The notes beneath the pieces are model-generated. The model was not told where the DNA came from, searched no databases, and saw only the letters and a list, made by a program, of their open reading frames with translations. Shown piece by piece: positions 63,287-64,000 of a stretch of DNA of 64,000 nt. The DNA comes from the human T2T-CHM13v2.0 reference genome, Homo sapiens: assembly GCF_009914755.1 (NCBI RefSeq), contig NC_060934.1; one strand, 5' to 3'. The position numbers and the translations under genes are program-made. Every line of letters begins with the position of its first letter. Within the stretch, counting starts at the first letter, position 1.

Positions 63287-63399
63287 CATCTTCAACTGAA
63301 ACAGCCTTAGAGGAATTTTTGCTGGTTTATAGATCTTCTGTTTTGACAAAGATAGCTCGTGACATCACTCTGCCAGGCTGAAGGACTTCTATTCTGAGA
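63287..63399 (-). pseudogene. Candidate upstream pseudo-exon
   Basis: Acceptor tcttggcttgctgtcaccag, donor GATG|gtgagg. Frame ambiguous (e.g. LRIEVLQPGRVMSRAIFVKTEDL*). Confidence 0.3.
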
Positions 63400-63589
63400 C
63401 TGGTGACAGCAAGCCAAGAAAGCCAATACTCTAAGTGAATTTAATAGACTCTATTCTCATGCTACTTGGGTTGCTATGGGAACCTTATTAGAAAATACAG
63501 GGACTCTAGATGATCTGCTAAGTTTTTTTTTTTTTTTTTTAAGTAATGTAAGTGGCTTTATCTTCAGGAAAAAAAATAAGTTGTTTTTC

Positions 63590-64000
63590 TAAAATTGTGA
63601 ACATATAGAGAAAAATATAAAAAACCTAAATATGTTGCTTACACATTTGTTATAAAGGACAAATCCGTGTAACCAGACATATCAAGGAAAAGAACGGTGC
63701 TGATTTTTTAAAAGACAGTCACTTGCCCCTTTCTACTCACAGTACTTCCGTTATCTCAAAACCATAACCAAAACAAAAAACAACAAATATCTTATTATGG
63801 TCTTTATTTTCATGCTTGTATTTAGCATTGTATCACCCGAACAAAACTGACTTAGACTGATTTATTGCATATTATATATACATACATAATATACATTCAT
63901 CATGTGAATATAATTTATACATTCTACTGTTCATGAGCCTTTGGTTGTTTCTAGTTTTAGGATATTAGGAATAATTCTACCTTTCTACATTTTAGTAGCC
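63590..64000 (-). mobile_element. Old L1M 3' fragment
   Basis: gtgtaacc...atcaaggaaaagaac...attctactgttcatgag...ttgtttctagtttt. Confidence 0.55.

Overview
AT-rich primate (human-like) genomic DNA with no CpG island and no intact protein-coding gene. Much of it is recognisable interspersed repeat: AluJ/S/Y, L1PA/L1M, L2, L3/CR1, MIR, THE1/MST/MLT1/MLT2, an ERV1 solo LTR, and MER58/MER44/MER53/MADE1. The main non-repeat signal is a chain of about 30 decayed, mostly phase-compatible GT-AG exons on the minus strand, from about 63.4 kb down to about 23.9 kb. They spell a large unprocessed pseudogene with in-frame stops, frameshifts and an Alu inserted into one exon. By eye the translation is collinear with the TEX15 C-terminal helical domains, and more weakly with the N-terminal DUF3715 pseudo-PARP domain shared by TEX15, TASOR and TASOR2. 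It may be a lost, intron-rich paralogue of a transposon-silencing factor. That homology rests on remembered motifs and needs a database check. Other structure: an L1 with a 3' transduction inside a 16-bp TSD, a dispersed ~385-bp templated copy of an Alu plus its flank, a ~260-bp tandem duplication, and two very old non-LTR reverse-transcriptase relics.
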